Below are positions 12,150 to 24,175 of a stretch of DNA of 64,000 nucleotides, in pieces. The DNA lies in the NCBI RefSeq assembly GCF_006345805.1, contig NC_043008.1:10292001-10356000 (forward strand). The letters run 5' to 3'. The position numbers were made by a program, and so were the translations under genes. The notes beneath the pieces were generated by a model, which saw nothing but the letters and a program-made list of their open reading frames with translations, made no database searches and was not told where the DNA came from. Position 1 is the stretch's first letter. Every line of letters begins with the position of its first letter. Source of the DNA: Octopus sinensis (lineage: Eukaryota).

Positions 12150-12690
12150 GTTTTAATGCAAATAAACAATGCAAGCGATCCAATGTAGACATCTTAACTG
12201 CCATCTGCACCATCTTTTCAACAACTCTTTTGCCATGTTTCTATCACTGGCTAAGCCATTCTGTAACACTGCTTCTTGCCAATTCTCACAGTTTTTTGTC
12301 AATATTAGCATGAGGTTCAACTTGTTGAGATCAGTCTTCACCACTTTGTTCCACGTCTTTTTAAGTCTCTCTCTCTTCCATAGAAACCAGTCACTTTGAG
12401 CACTTAGCTCTTCTTTATACAACCTATTTATACACATCACATGTATCTATATCAGCACAGTCTTCTCTTTAGTACACCACATATGATTCCTCTTATATCT
12501 AGTTTTCCTCTCAGCTCATTTTCTGCTCTGTTATTCATGTGCACAAACATTACATGTCCAGTGGAGGAGCATGTTTGCTTCATTTCTTTTGTACCATCAC
12601 TAATCTTTTGCATTGAAGGCCCACGTCTGCTACCATGCAGCATTGCACTTTGTATGCAAACACCATACAATTTGCACTTAATATTAGTTA
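12150..12690 (-). mobile_element. RTE-clade LINE 3' coding fragment (decayed)
   Basis: Minus-strand reading frames give SAMLHGS..., ELRGKLDIRGIICGVLKRRL and KKTWNKVVKTDLNKLNL...ENWQEAVL, typical of the RTE ORF C-terminus. Confidence 0.8.
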
Positions 12691-13259
12691 CTCAAAGTTG
12701 AGTCTGTGTAAGTAACCTTAAGAGTTTCTCATTTCTAGTCCTATATAATAGTGTTTATCAGTGCCGAAACTGTCATGATTGTGGATAACAAGGCTGACGA
12801 TGGTTTTCATTCCATATCTATCTATTGTCCTTTCCATTAATTTGTTGTTCATGTACTTCATTCATCATCATCATCCTCTTCTCATTTTAATGCCTGCTTT
12901 TCCATGCTTGCCAACATTTACTTGTTTCCAAGCAAGTTACTCCCTCTGGTCCTTTCTAACAAAAACAGCACAATGGCCGGACATATTTTTGTGGAAGATT
13001 GCAAATGAGCAACACTGCATATATGATGGTAACATTTGTTTACGATTATTGTGTAGTGTGTCTCTAGACGTGTGTGTCTGTTGTCTCCTCGTCTAGAGAC
13101 ACCGGCATACACACACGCACACACACACACATCTGTCTGTCTATCTGTTTGCTGCTTGTCTGTCTGTCTGTCTCTCTCATATATGCATGTATGTATGTTT
13201 GTATGTATGTAAATATGTATGTATATATATATATACATATATAAATATACGTATGTGTA

Positions 13260-13298
<39 letters not shown>

Positions 13299-13434
13299 CA
13301 AGAAAGTTAGGGGTTGTGGATCCAACCCACTAAGGGATGATATTTATCCAATATTATATATGTGTGTGTGTCTGTGTGTATGTGTGTGTATTGCTAATTT
13401 TGGCTATATATTTTATCTACACATATTTAACTTG

Positions 13435-13471
<37 letters not shown>

Positions 13472-13803
13472 TGCACATTCCCTGTGATTGGTTAACATGG
13501 TTTGTACTGAAAACCTCAGCTTCTGCCAGACTTCTCTCCAACAGCCTTCTCCCAACGTAACAGTCTGTCTGCCTGTGTTCTTAATTGCTAGAATCTTTGT
13601 GGAAGGCTTCCTTTGTGTTGTTGCCAGTTATTAATGTCACCATATTCCCATTTTATATTTTCATAGTGTGATCTTACTGCTGAAAGGCACTAACATATCT
13701 TGTATTCTCATCTGTCACTGTTGTTATTACAGTATTAGCACATGCACCGTGTTGCTTTACCTCTTTACAGTTTCTTTTTCTTTAGTTTTTTATATTTTTA
13801 CTT

Positions 13804-13840
<37 letters not shown>

Positions 13841-14478
13841 TTTTTTTTTTTCGTCGTCGTCTGGTAATTAGACAAACACTCCATCATTAAGTCGGCTGTC
13901 CAGAAATTTCAGAAACAATTACCAACGACAATAAGCAAAACGATATTTTGTGGAGCAAGCAAGGCACATTTTTAAAAGCGATTCAAACTTCAAGGGAAAA
14001 GATGTAATGTTTAATTGAGTTTGAACATTTGCAGATATAATCCCCTGAGACAAAAAAAAAAAAGAAACAAAAGACCCAAAAAACATTGTTCGATGGAACC
14101 TAAGACAAGAATAAAAATAAAACAGAAAACAAAAGCAGAATATATAAAACATACAAGTTATCGTTATTGTTTTACATGCATACATATATACATATATATT
14201 TATGTACATACATATATTTATGTATGTATATACATAAATAAATAAATATATATATATATATACATAAATATACATATATGTATGTATGTAAAACAACCAT
14301 GATAGCAACAACTTTTATGTTTTATATACTTTGTTTTTGTTATCTTCTTTAATGCTTGACTTGAGTTCCATAGAACTTTATATATATATATATATATATA
14401 TACACAAACACACAGACATACATATGTATATATAAACAAACATACATGTGTATACACACACAATCATATATATATATA

Positions 14479-14529
<51 letters not shown>

Positions 14530-14924
14530 CTTACTTGGAAAAGAGTCCGTGGCATTCAATCATATAATAATATAAATATATGCATATATACATACATATA
14601 TGTACATACTTACATATACGGGTACAGAACATAAAAAAAAACGTAAACAGAATGAGAAATGAGAACAAAAAACAAAAACATCAAAAACAAACTTTTTTCG
14701 AACAACGACAAAAACAAACAGAGAAACGAGACAGGGAGACAGGGAACATAAAGAACATTCCCTTCATCAGTTGTCCCCTGTTCTATCTACTCCGAAGGTA
14801 AGGACAAGATGTGACTTCATTGAAACAGTCCTTTCCGCAGAGCAAATGGGATTTTTTGCGGTGGGTGAAATTGGTAACAAAAACAGGACAGTGGTGCTTG
14901 TCCCTTCACCTGGTGTGTTTACAT

Positions 14925-15063
14925 CCCCACAACTTAGCGGTTCGATAAAAGACACCGATTGAATAAGTACTAGGCTTATAAAGAATAAATCCCGGGATTG
15001 ATTGTTTTGACTAAAGGCAGTGCTCCAACATGGCCACAGTCAAATGTCTGAAACGAATAAAAG
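14925..15063 (+). mobile_element. SINE family A tail fragment
   Basis: AACTTAGCGGTTCG...GAATAAGTACTAGGCTT...CATGGCCACAGTCAAATG. Confidence 0.7.
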
Positions 15064-15064
15064 A

Positions 15065-15103
<39 letters not shown>

Positions 15104-15181
15104 TATATTTATATATGTATGTATATATATGTATATATATGTATATATGTATGTATATATATGTATATATATATGTATATA

Positions 15182-15223
<42 letters not shown>

Positions 15224-15980
15224 CATGCACACATACACACACACACACATACATATATATATCTAGACATATATAAATACATACATATATGTATAGGTAT
15301 GTTCTGCTGTTTCCCTTTAGGTCAACTCAACATATTTATCAGACTACAGTTTGAAAGCCATATCTAATCATCATTCAAAATAGAACTGTTTGATGACATG
15401 TGGCCAGCTGGTCGCCTGTGGCCCGTTGCAACACCCTATGCAGCCAGTGATGTATTTGGAAATGATATTTATTTATAAGCTGGCCAAGAGACAGCCTGTC
15501 AAAAGGAAAAAAAAAAAGAGGCCATTATGCAAATAAGAATACAGAACGACCTTTAAAACCATTCTCTCTTCCTCTGTAGCAGTGATTCATAATTAAAAAC
15601 ATACATATTGATTTGTTGTAGATTTGTACAATGCCACAATTCTTAAGAGTGGAGGGCAGGAGGTGGGTAGGGTTGGGGGGTTGATTGATGATGTGATTGA
15701 TACTTTTATCAACCCCTGGAGAGATGAAAGACAAAGTTGACTCCTGTGGGATTTGAAATTAGAAAATAATGAGATGTAAGAGATACTGTGAACCCCTTTG
15801 TTTGGTGTTTGCTCATTTCTGATAATCTGTTTCCCTTTGAAATTATTAAAATATTTCATATTTTAATTTGCTTCATTAGAAAAACTAAGAAATCTGTAGT
15901 TCACATTTTTTTTTTTTAATCACGTAAAAACTGTCTTGTGTCTTTGTAGAACACAAATAGTTTAGTTAATAAGGCCTTGT

Positions 15981-16283
15981 GGAGGCACATGGCCTAGTGG
16001 TTAGAGCAGCGAACTCACCATCGAGGGATCACGGGTTCAAATCTCATACCGGGTGATGTGTGTGTTTATAAGCAAAACACCTAAGCTCCATGCAGCTCCA
16101 GCAGAAGGTAATGGCGAATTTCTGCTGACTTCTTTTGCCACAACTTTCTCTTACTCTTTCCTCCTGCGTCTTGCAGCTCACCTGCGATGGACCAGCGTCC
16201 CGTTCAGGTGGGGAACCTGTACACCAAGGAAACCGGGAAACCGGCCCTATGAGCCCTGCATGGCTCGTGAAGGAACAAGAATA
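15981..16283 (+). mobile_element. tRNA-derived SINE family D
   Basis: GGAGGCACATGGCCTAGTGGTTAGAGCAG (A box), GGTTCAAATC (B box), and CTGCGATGGACCAGCGTCCCGTTCAGG box. Confidence 0.85.
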
Positions 16284-16603
16284 ATAAGGCATTGGACTAC
16301 TAATTACCAGTTGGTGAGATCAAATCCACCTCAAGTATTCTATGCAGTTTCTGGAGAAGGCATTTCAACGTCCACTCGATTGCTTGGCATGACAGATTAT
16401 CACAGCAAATGTGACCAACCATAGTACCATAAAAAAAAGAATGGTCCAATTAATCTATATTGATGATAGACTGCATCACACTTGTGACCCCTGGTAAATT
16501 AACATGATGTTCCTCTGCAAAATGTACTCACTCATGTTCAATATTCTACATTTATTTAGTGTTTCTCTCTTCACTACTTCAACAACCACAGCGTTTTTAA
16601 TAG

Positions 16604-16645
16604 TCCTCTGAAGAGGTCTTATAAGGCTGAAACATATTTGGAGTT
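16604..16645 (+). ncRNA. Degenerate minimal hammerhead motif (PLE terminal-repeat type)
   Basis: TCC-T-CTGAAGA-GGTCTT.AT.AAGGCT-GAAAC-AT-ATT-T-GGA; the G16.2 position is A, so stem III is broken. Confidence 0.35.
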
Positions 16646-16809
16646 GTCTCCTATAATTACCGAAATTATTGAAATAGAAATATCAGTCAGTGTGTTAATA
16701 CTGTCTTTTCCTCACCACATAAATATTTCTTATTAGTTTATTTTTCAATGCTAATTACATTAAATATGTTGACACTAACCTAATTACTTGATATTTGATT
16801 TGATTGCAG

Positions 16810-16901
16810 GATAATTCCTTTGATACTGCTGTGAGAAAGTGTAGTGAACATATCCAACGTGAAGCAGATGGCCAGTTCCAAGGGGCATGGATCCTTACTG
16901 A
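16810..16901 (+). CDS. TPRG1L: TPRG1-like (hSac2 domain) coding exon, first one found
   Basis: Acceptor tgattgcag|GAT and donor GA|gtgagt; 92 nt encoding DNSFDTAVRKCSEHIQREADGQFQGAWILT+GA. Matches the family motif GxWLLTE(I/V)DHW once spliced to 24765. Confidence 0.9.
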
Positions 16902-17008
16902 GTGAGTTGAGTTTCTTTCCTTTCTGAAAATGGTTTCTATAATATTCACTTGAAACGAGGAATTTTAGAGGAGAAGAAACGGGGGAGGGGGATGTAAAAG
17001 GTTCCAAC

Positions 17009-17039
<31 letters not shown>

Positions 17040-17193
17040 TACTAGCAGCAGCAGCAGCTGGTCCATCATTGTTTTAGCAAATAACATCTGATCAAGATTG
17101 ATTTGTTGACTTTTGATTTCAGGGTTTGCAGAAAAAGCAATCATCCAGTTTCAATAAATTTCAGTATAGTTAGGGCTTCAGTTCTATATTTAA

Positions 17194-17414
17194 CCCTTTC
17201 GTTACCAACCCGGCTGAAACCGTCTCTGACTCTGTTGTACAAATGTCTTGTTTTCTTAAGTTTTGAATTAAAATCTTCCACCAAACCTTAGTCACAATTT
17301 ATGTTCCTAATACAAGCTGAATGATAACTAAGTTATTTTATTAAATTCTTTGTTATATTTAAAGTAATTGAAAGAAACACAGAACATCTCAAAATAAATA
17401 CAGTAACGAAAGGA
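17194..17414. mobile_element. piggyBac-type MITE (TTAA TSD)
   Basis: TTAA|CCCTTTCGTTAC...GTAACGAAAGGA|TTAA, 221 bp; a sister copy lies at 23954-24175. Confidence 0.88.
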
Positions 17415-17482
17415 TTAAGAGATGAGGAATTATGTACATTATTTACATTTGACGGATATTTGTCCTCATCTTGTTTGTTGTT

Positions 17483-17528
17483 AACACAACTTTTCGGCTG
17501 ATATACCCTCCAGCCTTCTTCAGGTGTC
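17483..17528 (-). ncRNA. Minimal type I hammerhead ribozyme motif
   Basis: GACAC-CTGAAGA-A-GGCTG[GAGGGTATAT]CAGCC-GAAA-A-GT-T-GTGTT. Stems I and II pair; position 15.2 is A rather than C. Confidence 0.65.
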
Positions 17529-18036
17529 TTGGGTAAATTTCGAACCTGGGTTCTCATTCCTAAGGTGTTTTTCAATGTTATTATTATTATTATTGTTGTT
17601 ATTATTATTCAAGTCACTGCCTGGAATTGAACTCGGAATCTTGGGGTTAGTAGCCCATGCTCTTAACCACTACACCATATGTCCGTAAATAGTTAGGGCT
17701 GTTATTTAGAAAGATGACTATTTGGGAGGTCACATAAAAGAACAAGTTGGTGTACAAACCATCAAAGAAACATAACTAATATCAAAACAGCTTAATGTGT
17801 GATCCACAGTCAAAATTAAAATTAGCATCATTTGAAACACTCCTTCATTCCGTATTTTGGTTGTATTCCTTTGTGTCATTGGCTTGTTCAAACAGAATTA
17901 ATCTGAGCCTACAAAGGAGATTCTAATTGGTTAATTGACTTGCAAGAATTAGCAGATAAATTTCCTTCAAATTATCTTACATTGTTTTGAAAAAGACAAA
18001 AAAGAAAATAAAACGAATGATACATTGAATGATGTA

Positions 18037-18295
18037 CTGTTGTGTCTGGGGAGTGTCATTTTCTTTTTGTGCCTTATTATTTAACACACTCACCGGTAAA
18101 ATTTCCACTTTTTTCTTATTTTTATTTTCCTAAAATTTTCATTGCATCTTGCAACCTTTTCAAGACTATTGAAAAGGTTGCAAGACGCAACGAAAATTTT
18201 AGGACAATAAAAATAAGAAAAAAGTGGAAATTTTACCGGTGAGTGTGTTACATAATAAGGCACAAAAAGAAAATGACTCTCCCCAAACACAACAG
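18037..18295. repeat. Foldback (long inverted repeat)
   Basis: Arms 18037-18163 and 18169-18295 (~127 bp, about 6 mismatches by eye) around a 5-nt loop GACTA. Confidence 0.92.
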
Positions 18296-19137
18296 AATAT
18301 GCTCATATAAAGAATCTTGCAAACCAAATCCAAAAACGAAATTGAATGATGTAGTTGTATCTGCATCATGCTTGAAAAAACAAGACAAGATGATTGAGGC
18401 TGGAACACCTTTGATCATATGTCAACTTGATCAAGACTGACCTAGGGCTGAAAACAACAACAACAGATTTAACCAGGACATTCCAATGCCAGCAACATTA
18501 ACAGTACATGAATAGATAAGTATTCAGAAGTCCATAAAGGTGTGCTTCTTTCAACCACACCTGCATGTCATAAAGAACAGATCTTTGTCAGAATGGGCAG
18601 CTTGATAAAGTGAGAAGAAAAAAAAAGGGGCAGGGTGTTAACAAAAAACAAACCTTGTAATAAAACATGAGATCAGAATGTGTGTGTGTGTGTGTGTGTG
18701 TGTGATATTTTATGTCTGTTTCAATGTTGGCGTGGACAGGACAGCTCAGCTAGATCCAATGCCTCATGTCTGGCAAAGCTCATTTCTGCGTGGTTGGATA
18801 CTTTTCTTGGCACCAACCATTGTACAGAAGGTATTGGGTGCATTTTTCGTGGCACCAACACTCACACAAAACATTAACTTAAACTGACCCCCCCCCTCGT
18901 TTTTTTTTAAATCGGCAGAAAAGGCAATCATAAATACATACAATTCATGTCATTTGTTCTATTTTTAACATTCTTATCCTCCTTATTTAATACTGGCATG
19001 AGTTCAGGTATTTTACCAATGCATTATTTTCTATGAATTTGGTCAGACGAAATGATTCTACACTTGGATGCCTTTTGAATCACTCAACCACAACGTGCAA
19101 CTGGTTACCTTGTTTAGTATTTTTTAGATAGTAGTAA

Positions 19138-19531
19138 GGTGCAGGAGTGGCTGTGTGGTAAGTAGCTTGCTTACCAACCACATGTTCTGGGTTCAGTCCC
19201 ACTGCATGGCATCTTGGGCAAGTGTTTTCTACTATAGCCTCAGGCCAACAAAAGCTTTGTGAGTGGATTTGGTAGACGGAAACTGAAAGAAGCTTGTCGT
19301 ATATATGTATATGTATATATGTGTTTGTCTTTGTGTGTCTGTGTTTGTACCCCCAACATCACTTGACAACCGATGCTGGTGTGTTTACGTCCCCATAACT
19401 TAGCAGTTCAGCAAAAGAGACCGATAGAATAAGTACTAGGCTTACAAAGAATAAGCCCTGGGGTCGATGTGCTCAACTAAAGGCGGTGCTCCTGCATGGC
19501 CACAGTCAAATGACTGAAACAAGTAAAAGAG
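19138..19531 (+). mobile_element. SINE family A, full length
   Basis: Head, microsatellite and tail all present; a diverged tail copy follows at 19565-19735. Confidence 0.88.
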
Positions 19532-20381
19532 ATATAATGTGAGTGTGTGTACGTTTTTCACCCACCACTGCTTGACAACTGGCACTGGTTGGCTTAAATC
19601 ACCAGAACTTAGCTGTTCAGCAAAAAGACACCAACAAAAATAAGTACCAGTCTTTAAAAAAAGTACTGTAGTCAATTTGTGTGACTAAACCATTCAAGAC
19701 AGTGCCCCAGCTTGGCCGCATTTCAGTGACTGTAAAGAATAAAAGAATATTGTAATATCCCAAAGATAGATTTGCCAGACACTCTGCCGTTTGTCACAAA
19801 AGAATAAAAGAATGGAAAACTGAAATAACATTCCTTCAATGAAATATCATTTCATTTCATTGTAGCTGAAATTATTAAATCCAATAATCCCTTCTACTTA
19901 TTATTTCATTCACTAAAGGTTAATTCTTAATACATTCCTCAAATGAACATCTTACTATATACTCTTAAATTCCTGGTTTCTCTCAGCTGAAAAGTAGTTA
20001 GCATGTGAACCAGAGCCCTTCATCGTCATGCTCTTCTCTTATATCTTCCCCCTATTCTGTTTACTTCTTTTTAAAACACCACGGCTGACAAATCTGTTTT
20101 AAAAAGATTTATTATTAAAATGAAAATTAAGTATGTAACAAATATATTCTATAAATTTTAAATTCACGAAACAAAACTTCCATTTTTATATTTTCGATTA
20201 AAGGTATATAACAGCAAGGAATGTTGTTCTTTTCCTATTTTTGTGATGAAAATAAATTAAAAACGGAAAAAAAAATTTTTTCCAACACTAAATAGAACAA
20301 TGCTAACATCTGGAGCTATATATCTTAACCAGTATTCACTGAAGATACAAAACCATCTTCCGCATTCAAATACTTTATGTG

Positions 20382-20747
20382 TATTCAAGGGGGGACCCAA
20401 AAGTAACTGGAAATGTTCTCTGTGGGACAATCCTGTTGTATTTCAGGCTTCTGCCACTTGAAGCCACTTGATGTGACCCTCAGGCATCAGTCTGTCAACT
20501 GGCAGTGTCGAGTGATGTCGTACTGTCATGTGGCACATCTTTGCTTTGCAGTGCTTCTCCACTGTTTGTCAATTTTTGTGATGGCTGAAATGAAGGAACA
20601 TCATGCTTCCATGAAATTCTGTTTTTTGCTGGCGAAAAACAGCAACTGAAACAGTTGTCGTGCTTCAAAACAGCTTACAAAAATGCTGCCATGAGCAAAA
20701 CACAAGTATATGAGTAGTTTTCTAACTTAAGAAAAGGTGAAATTATC
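20382..20747 (+). mobile_element. Mariner/Tc1 transposon 5' fragment
   Basis: TIR-like AGGGGGGACCCAAAAGTAACTGGAA, then a frameshifted MAEMKEHHASMKFCFLL..ATETVVV..TAYKNAAMSKTQVYE*F helix-turn-helix region. Confidence 0.85.
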
Positions 20748-21130
20748 CATGCAGTCATTACTCACTTTAAGACTATACCTGTTAAAAAAATTTGTGGAAC
20801 TTATGGTTGTTAGGGAAGTGTTTATTGACTAAATTTAGGAAGGATCTGGCAATATTGTTTCTACTGTTCGAGCTGAATGTGGGGTTATACCACATAGTTT
20901 TTCTTTTTTCTTGTGTTTCTACCATTAGGGGATTGTGGCAGAATATATTTTCTGTAATTAAAGCTACTTCTGCTCAGGGTCTCATTATAAAATATAGCAA
21001 CACGAGTAAAAGTCTCTTCAATAGATATCTTTGAAATTTTTTTACAGCTGTTTCTGGATGGGTTTTTCAGAATGTTAAGCAGGTGCTTACAGTTTTTGTG
21101 AATGTCCTGTATGACCTCATTAGGTCTTAT
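20748..21130 (-). mobile_element. Penelope-like element RT C-terminal/linker fragment
   Basis: The minus strand encodes ISKISIEETFTRVAIFYNETLSRSSFN...RNTRKK and MWYNPTFSSNSRNNIARSFLNLVNKHFPNNHKFHKFFNRYSLKVSNDCM, matching the PLE motif WFNPP.S.NV.TNI...FL.L..KHFP....HK.FNRN..K.SYSCM. Confidence 0.8.
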
Positions 21131-21579
21131 ATAAGAATTGTAAGTGCCTAAAGTTGCATCTTATAAGAGGTGTAAGTGCCTAAAGTTTACATATGGAAAG
21201 TTTACTACATTAATATAAGTACTTGCAGGAATCTTGAGGTCAGAGCTTCTAAAAGTATTAATTAAATATTTTTAAGCTGGTTTAATTGGTGAACATTTTT
21301 TATTGCATCTTAATATTAGACTGTCAACTTCGTACAATCCTAATTCTGTAAAGTTAAATTATTCACATGACCCACTACATACACACACACATTAATAATA
21401 ATAATAATAATAATTTTAATGTCCTATATGGGTTAGAGTTCATTGTGGCAGAATTTCTGTAGCTGGAGGCTCTTCCTGTTGCTGATTTCAAGGCAATATT
21501 TTCTCATGGACAGCTATGCTTTTGTGGAAGATTGGAAACGGATGGTGCCACTTGTATGAGAATATAAAGACACACACCC

Positions 21580-21730
21580 ATTAGACTTCTTTCAGTTTTC
21601 ATCTGCTAAATCCACTCATGAGGCATTGATTGGCCTGGGGTTATAGTAGAAGACACCTGCTCAAGGTATCATGTAGTAGGATTGAATCTGAAATTATATG
21701 GTTGGGAAGCAAACTTCTTAACTACCAGCT
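21580..21730 (-). mobile_element. Diverged SINE family A head
   Basis: Reverse complement of the family A 5' region. Confidence 0.65.
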
Positions 21731-21743
21731 CTGCTTTTACACA

Positions 21744-22050
21744 CATGTACACATACCACATGTACACATATCACATGTACACACTCATATCACATGTATG
21801 CACTCATACCACATGTACACAGTCATACCACATGTATACACTCATAGCCCATGTACACAGTCATACCACATGTACACACTCATAGCCCATGTACACAGTC
21901 ATACCACATGTACACACTCATAGCCCATGTACACATTCATACCACATGTACACAGTCATACCACATGTACACACTCATAGCACATGTACACACTCATAGC
22001 ACATGTACACACTCATACCACATGTACACACTCATACCACATGTACACAG
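21744..22050. repeat. 19-bp minisatellite (CATGTACACA(C/G)TCATA(CCA/GCC))
   Basis: About 16 tandem units; the first two are 15 bp; partial 38-bp alternation. Confidence 0.9.
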
Positions 22051-23953
22051 ACCTTTGAATTAAGTGGTTCAACTGCTTCAGTCCAGTTACAGAAGCCAAT
22101 AAAATAATTTGTGTGTATATGTGTATTAGGTTATGGTAACTTTATTTGGTGTGTGTAATCAAAGAGAGTTTTTAATATTCTGGTAGTCAGTGGTGGCTCA
22201 TAGATAAAATTAGTTGGGTTGTTGCTTCAGAAAATTTTTAGCCGTTGTTTTAATATTGTGTAAAAAGAAACAAGTATATCAGAAGGAAAATTTATATATA
22301 AACTTGATTGTTTCATGCTGGGTAGTGTGTTTAATTTGTTCAATGATCACTGCCACGAATTCCCCCTTAATTTCCAAAAATCCTCGTTAAATCATAAAAT
22401 AAGGTGCAGGGGTGGAAATCTGCCCTGTTTTTCAAATCCTGGCAGCAACACTGTAGCTGGAAGCAGGATAATAATCTAATTCTACACTTTATCACATTCA
22501 AGAATATACACACGTTTTTAAGCACAACACACGTTTTTAAGTTAAAAAGAAACACTACCTTTCACCTGCACACCAGGGTCAGTACTGTGTGGATGACAGT
22601 GCTCTCTCTCCCTAGTGTACAGCTTCCTATCTCGGACATGTGAGCATGCGCACAACAGCCAAACACCGCGTCACTGGAACTGTGAAGCACACAGTTCTAT
22701 GCAGGGGTTTTGTATTTTTTTTCATTAACTAAGGGATGGCAACTAACATTAAGCTTAAGGATTATATAATGTACAAGTATAAAGAAAAAAATTTTAAAAA
22801 AAGGACTCATTATATTGTATATTATTGATAATATTGAGTGGAAATAGGGAGTGGTGCAGTCCCACAGTGCTTATATGGAAGCCGTGACTGCTGGTAGCAG
22901 AATGTATTGGAGTTCATGAAGTTCACATTCTGTTTTCGCTGTTGTTGTTGTTGTTGGAGTTAATGTTCAAGTTAAGACTAATTCCAGTTAACCTATTACT
23001 TTAGTATGTTAAGTTCAATTTCTTAAAGTTGAAACTATTTTTTTACTATTTAGCTCAAACCACTGCGAACTTGATAGCTAGGTCATTAACATGCATAGCA
23101 TATGATGAGCATGAACTGAGAATGGGTTTTAAAAGCTACAAACATATATAAGCATAACAACCTCTTGCTGTCTGCTGCAAAAAAAAAAAAAAAAAAAAAA
23201 TTCATTCCTAAATAGGGCAGGCTATTGGTGTCGACTAGTATTATTACCAAATCTGAAAGGTAAAGGCTAAAATCTGTCAGAAGTGTGTTTACCTTGTGAA
23301 AAATGACAACTTTCATTAAATCTCATCTAAGTCACTAAGAAACCTTATAACTTTGAATTTCCTTGTAATTTGTCCAGACTATGTAAACTAACATTTATGT
23401 GTTTTCATTTGGTATTAGATTAATATTTAATTAGTACCTACATCATGAGAATTCATAAGCAGTTTAATAAGGACCTAACAAGTGCACTGAACTGTGGGGA
23501 TAGCTTAGGATTGAGGGAATTCAGAAGGAAGGTTAGAATTATGAAGTTTATGTAAACAGGTGAAGAAATGTTAGAAGTTGGTTGTTAGAAAATAACCTGA
23601 GAAAAAATGTCAGAAGCCTTGTATGACAAGGTAGTTGGGGTTAGTCTAAACTAAAGACTTTGCCTCATTGAAAAAAAGTAGGTTGATGTAAACTTCTGGA
23701 ATCATTAGGAAATATGTGGAAAATAAAAGCAAGCTAGGGAGAGAGAAAATGAAAACCAGACAAGTAGAGGAACATCTCTGTAGTTATGACCTGTGCTCTC
23801 GCAACAAACTCTTGGCAGGCTGAATATTTTAAGTTGTAACTCTAAGCATGTTTTACTATAAGGAAAAACATTGTATCTATATTAGTATGTCAATAATGCT
23901 ATCAGGTTGGTTCTGAGTCTGCATGCAAGGCATATCTTCATCCATGAGATTAA

Positions 23954-24175
23954 CCCTTTTGTTACTGTATTTATTTTGAGATGCTCTGTGTTTCTTTCAA
24001 TTAATTTTAAATATAACAAAGAATTTAGTAAAATAACATTGTTATCGTTGACCCAATGTTAGGAACATAAATTGTGACTAAGATTTGGTGGAAGATTTGA
24101 ATTCAAAACTTATGAAAGCAAGACATTTATACTAAAGAACCAGAGCCGGTTTCAGCCGGGTTGGTCACAAAAGGG
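23954..24175. mobile_element. piggyBac-type MITE (TTAA TSD)
   Basis: TTAA|CCCTTTTGTTAC...GTCACAAAAGGG|TTAA, 222 bp, opposite orientation to 17194. Confidence 0.88.

Larger units (their letters stand above)
17178..17688 (-). mobile_element. tRNA(Ser-like)-headed SINE carrying a hammerhead motif, 12-bp TSD, interrupted by a piggyBac MITE
   Basis: TSD ATAGTTAGGGCT at 17166-17177 and 17689-17700; A box TGGTGTAGTGG (17677-17667); B box GAGTTCAATTC (17634-17624); (AAT)n linker; hammerhead at 17528-17483. Confidence 0.8.

Noticed and set aside
14735-14772. Minus-strand CTGATGA followed by an AGGGAA/TTCCCT stem
   Set aside because: No GAAA follows stem II, so the hammerhead core is incomplete.
15981-16050. 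tRNA gene calls for A/B-box sequences (also 17620-17688, 37942, 38779 and 45074)
   Set aside because: No complete cloverleaf; each continues into a SINE body, and several have TSDs.
21744-22050. CRISPR-like appearance of regular short repeats (also the 24-bp units at 7332-7400)
   Set aside because: The units are directly tandem with no unique spacers, there are no cas genes, and the context is eukaryotic.
23300-23750. Possible additional Penelope-like fragments (also 13860-14110, 30770-31200 and 33060-33280)
   Set aside because: Too degenerate to support with a clear motif by eye; a TBLASTN search is needed.
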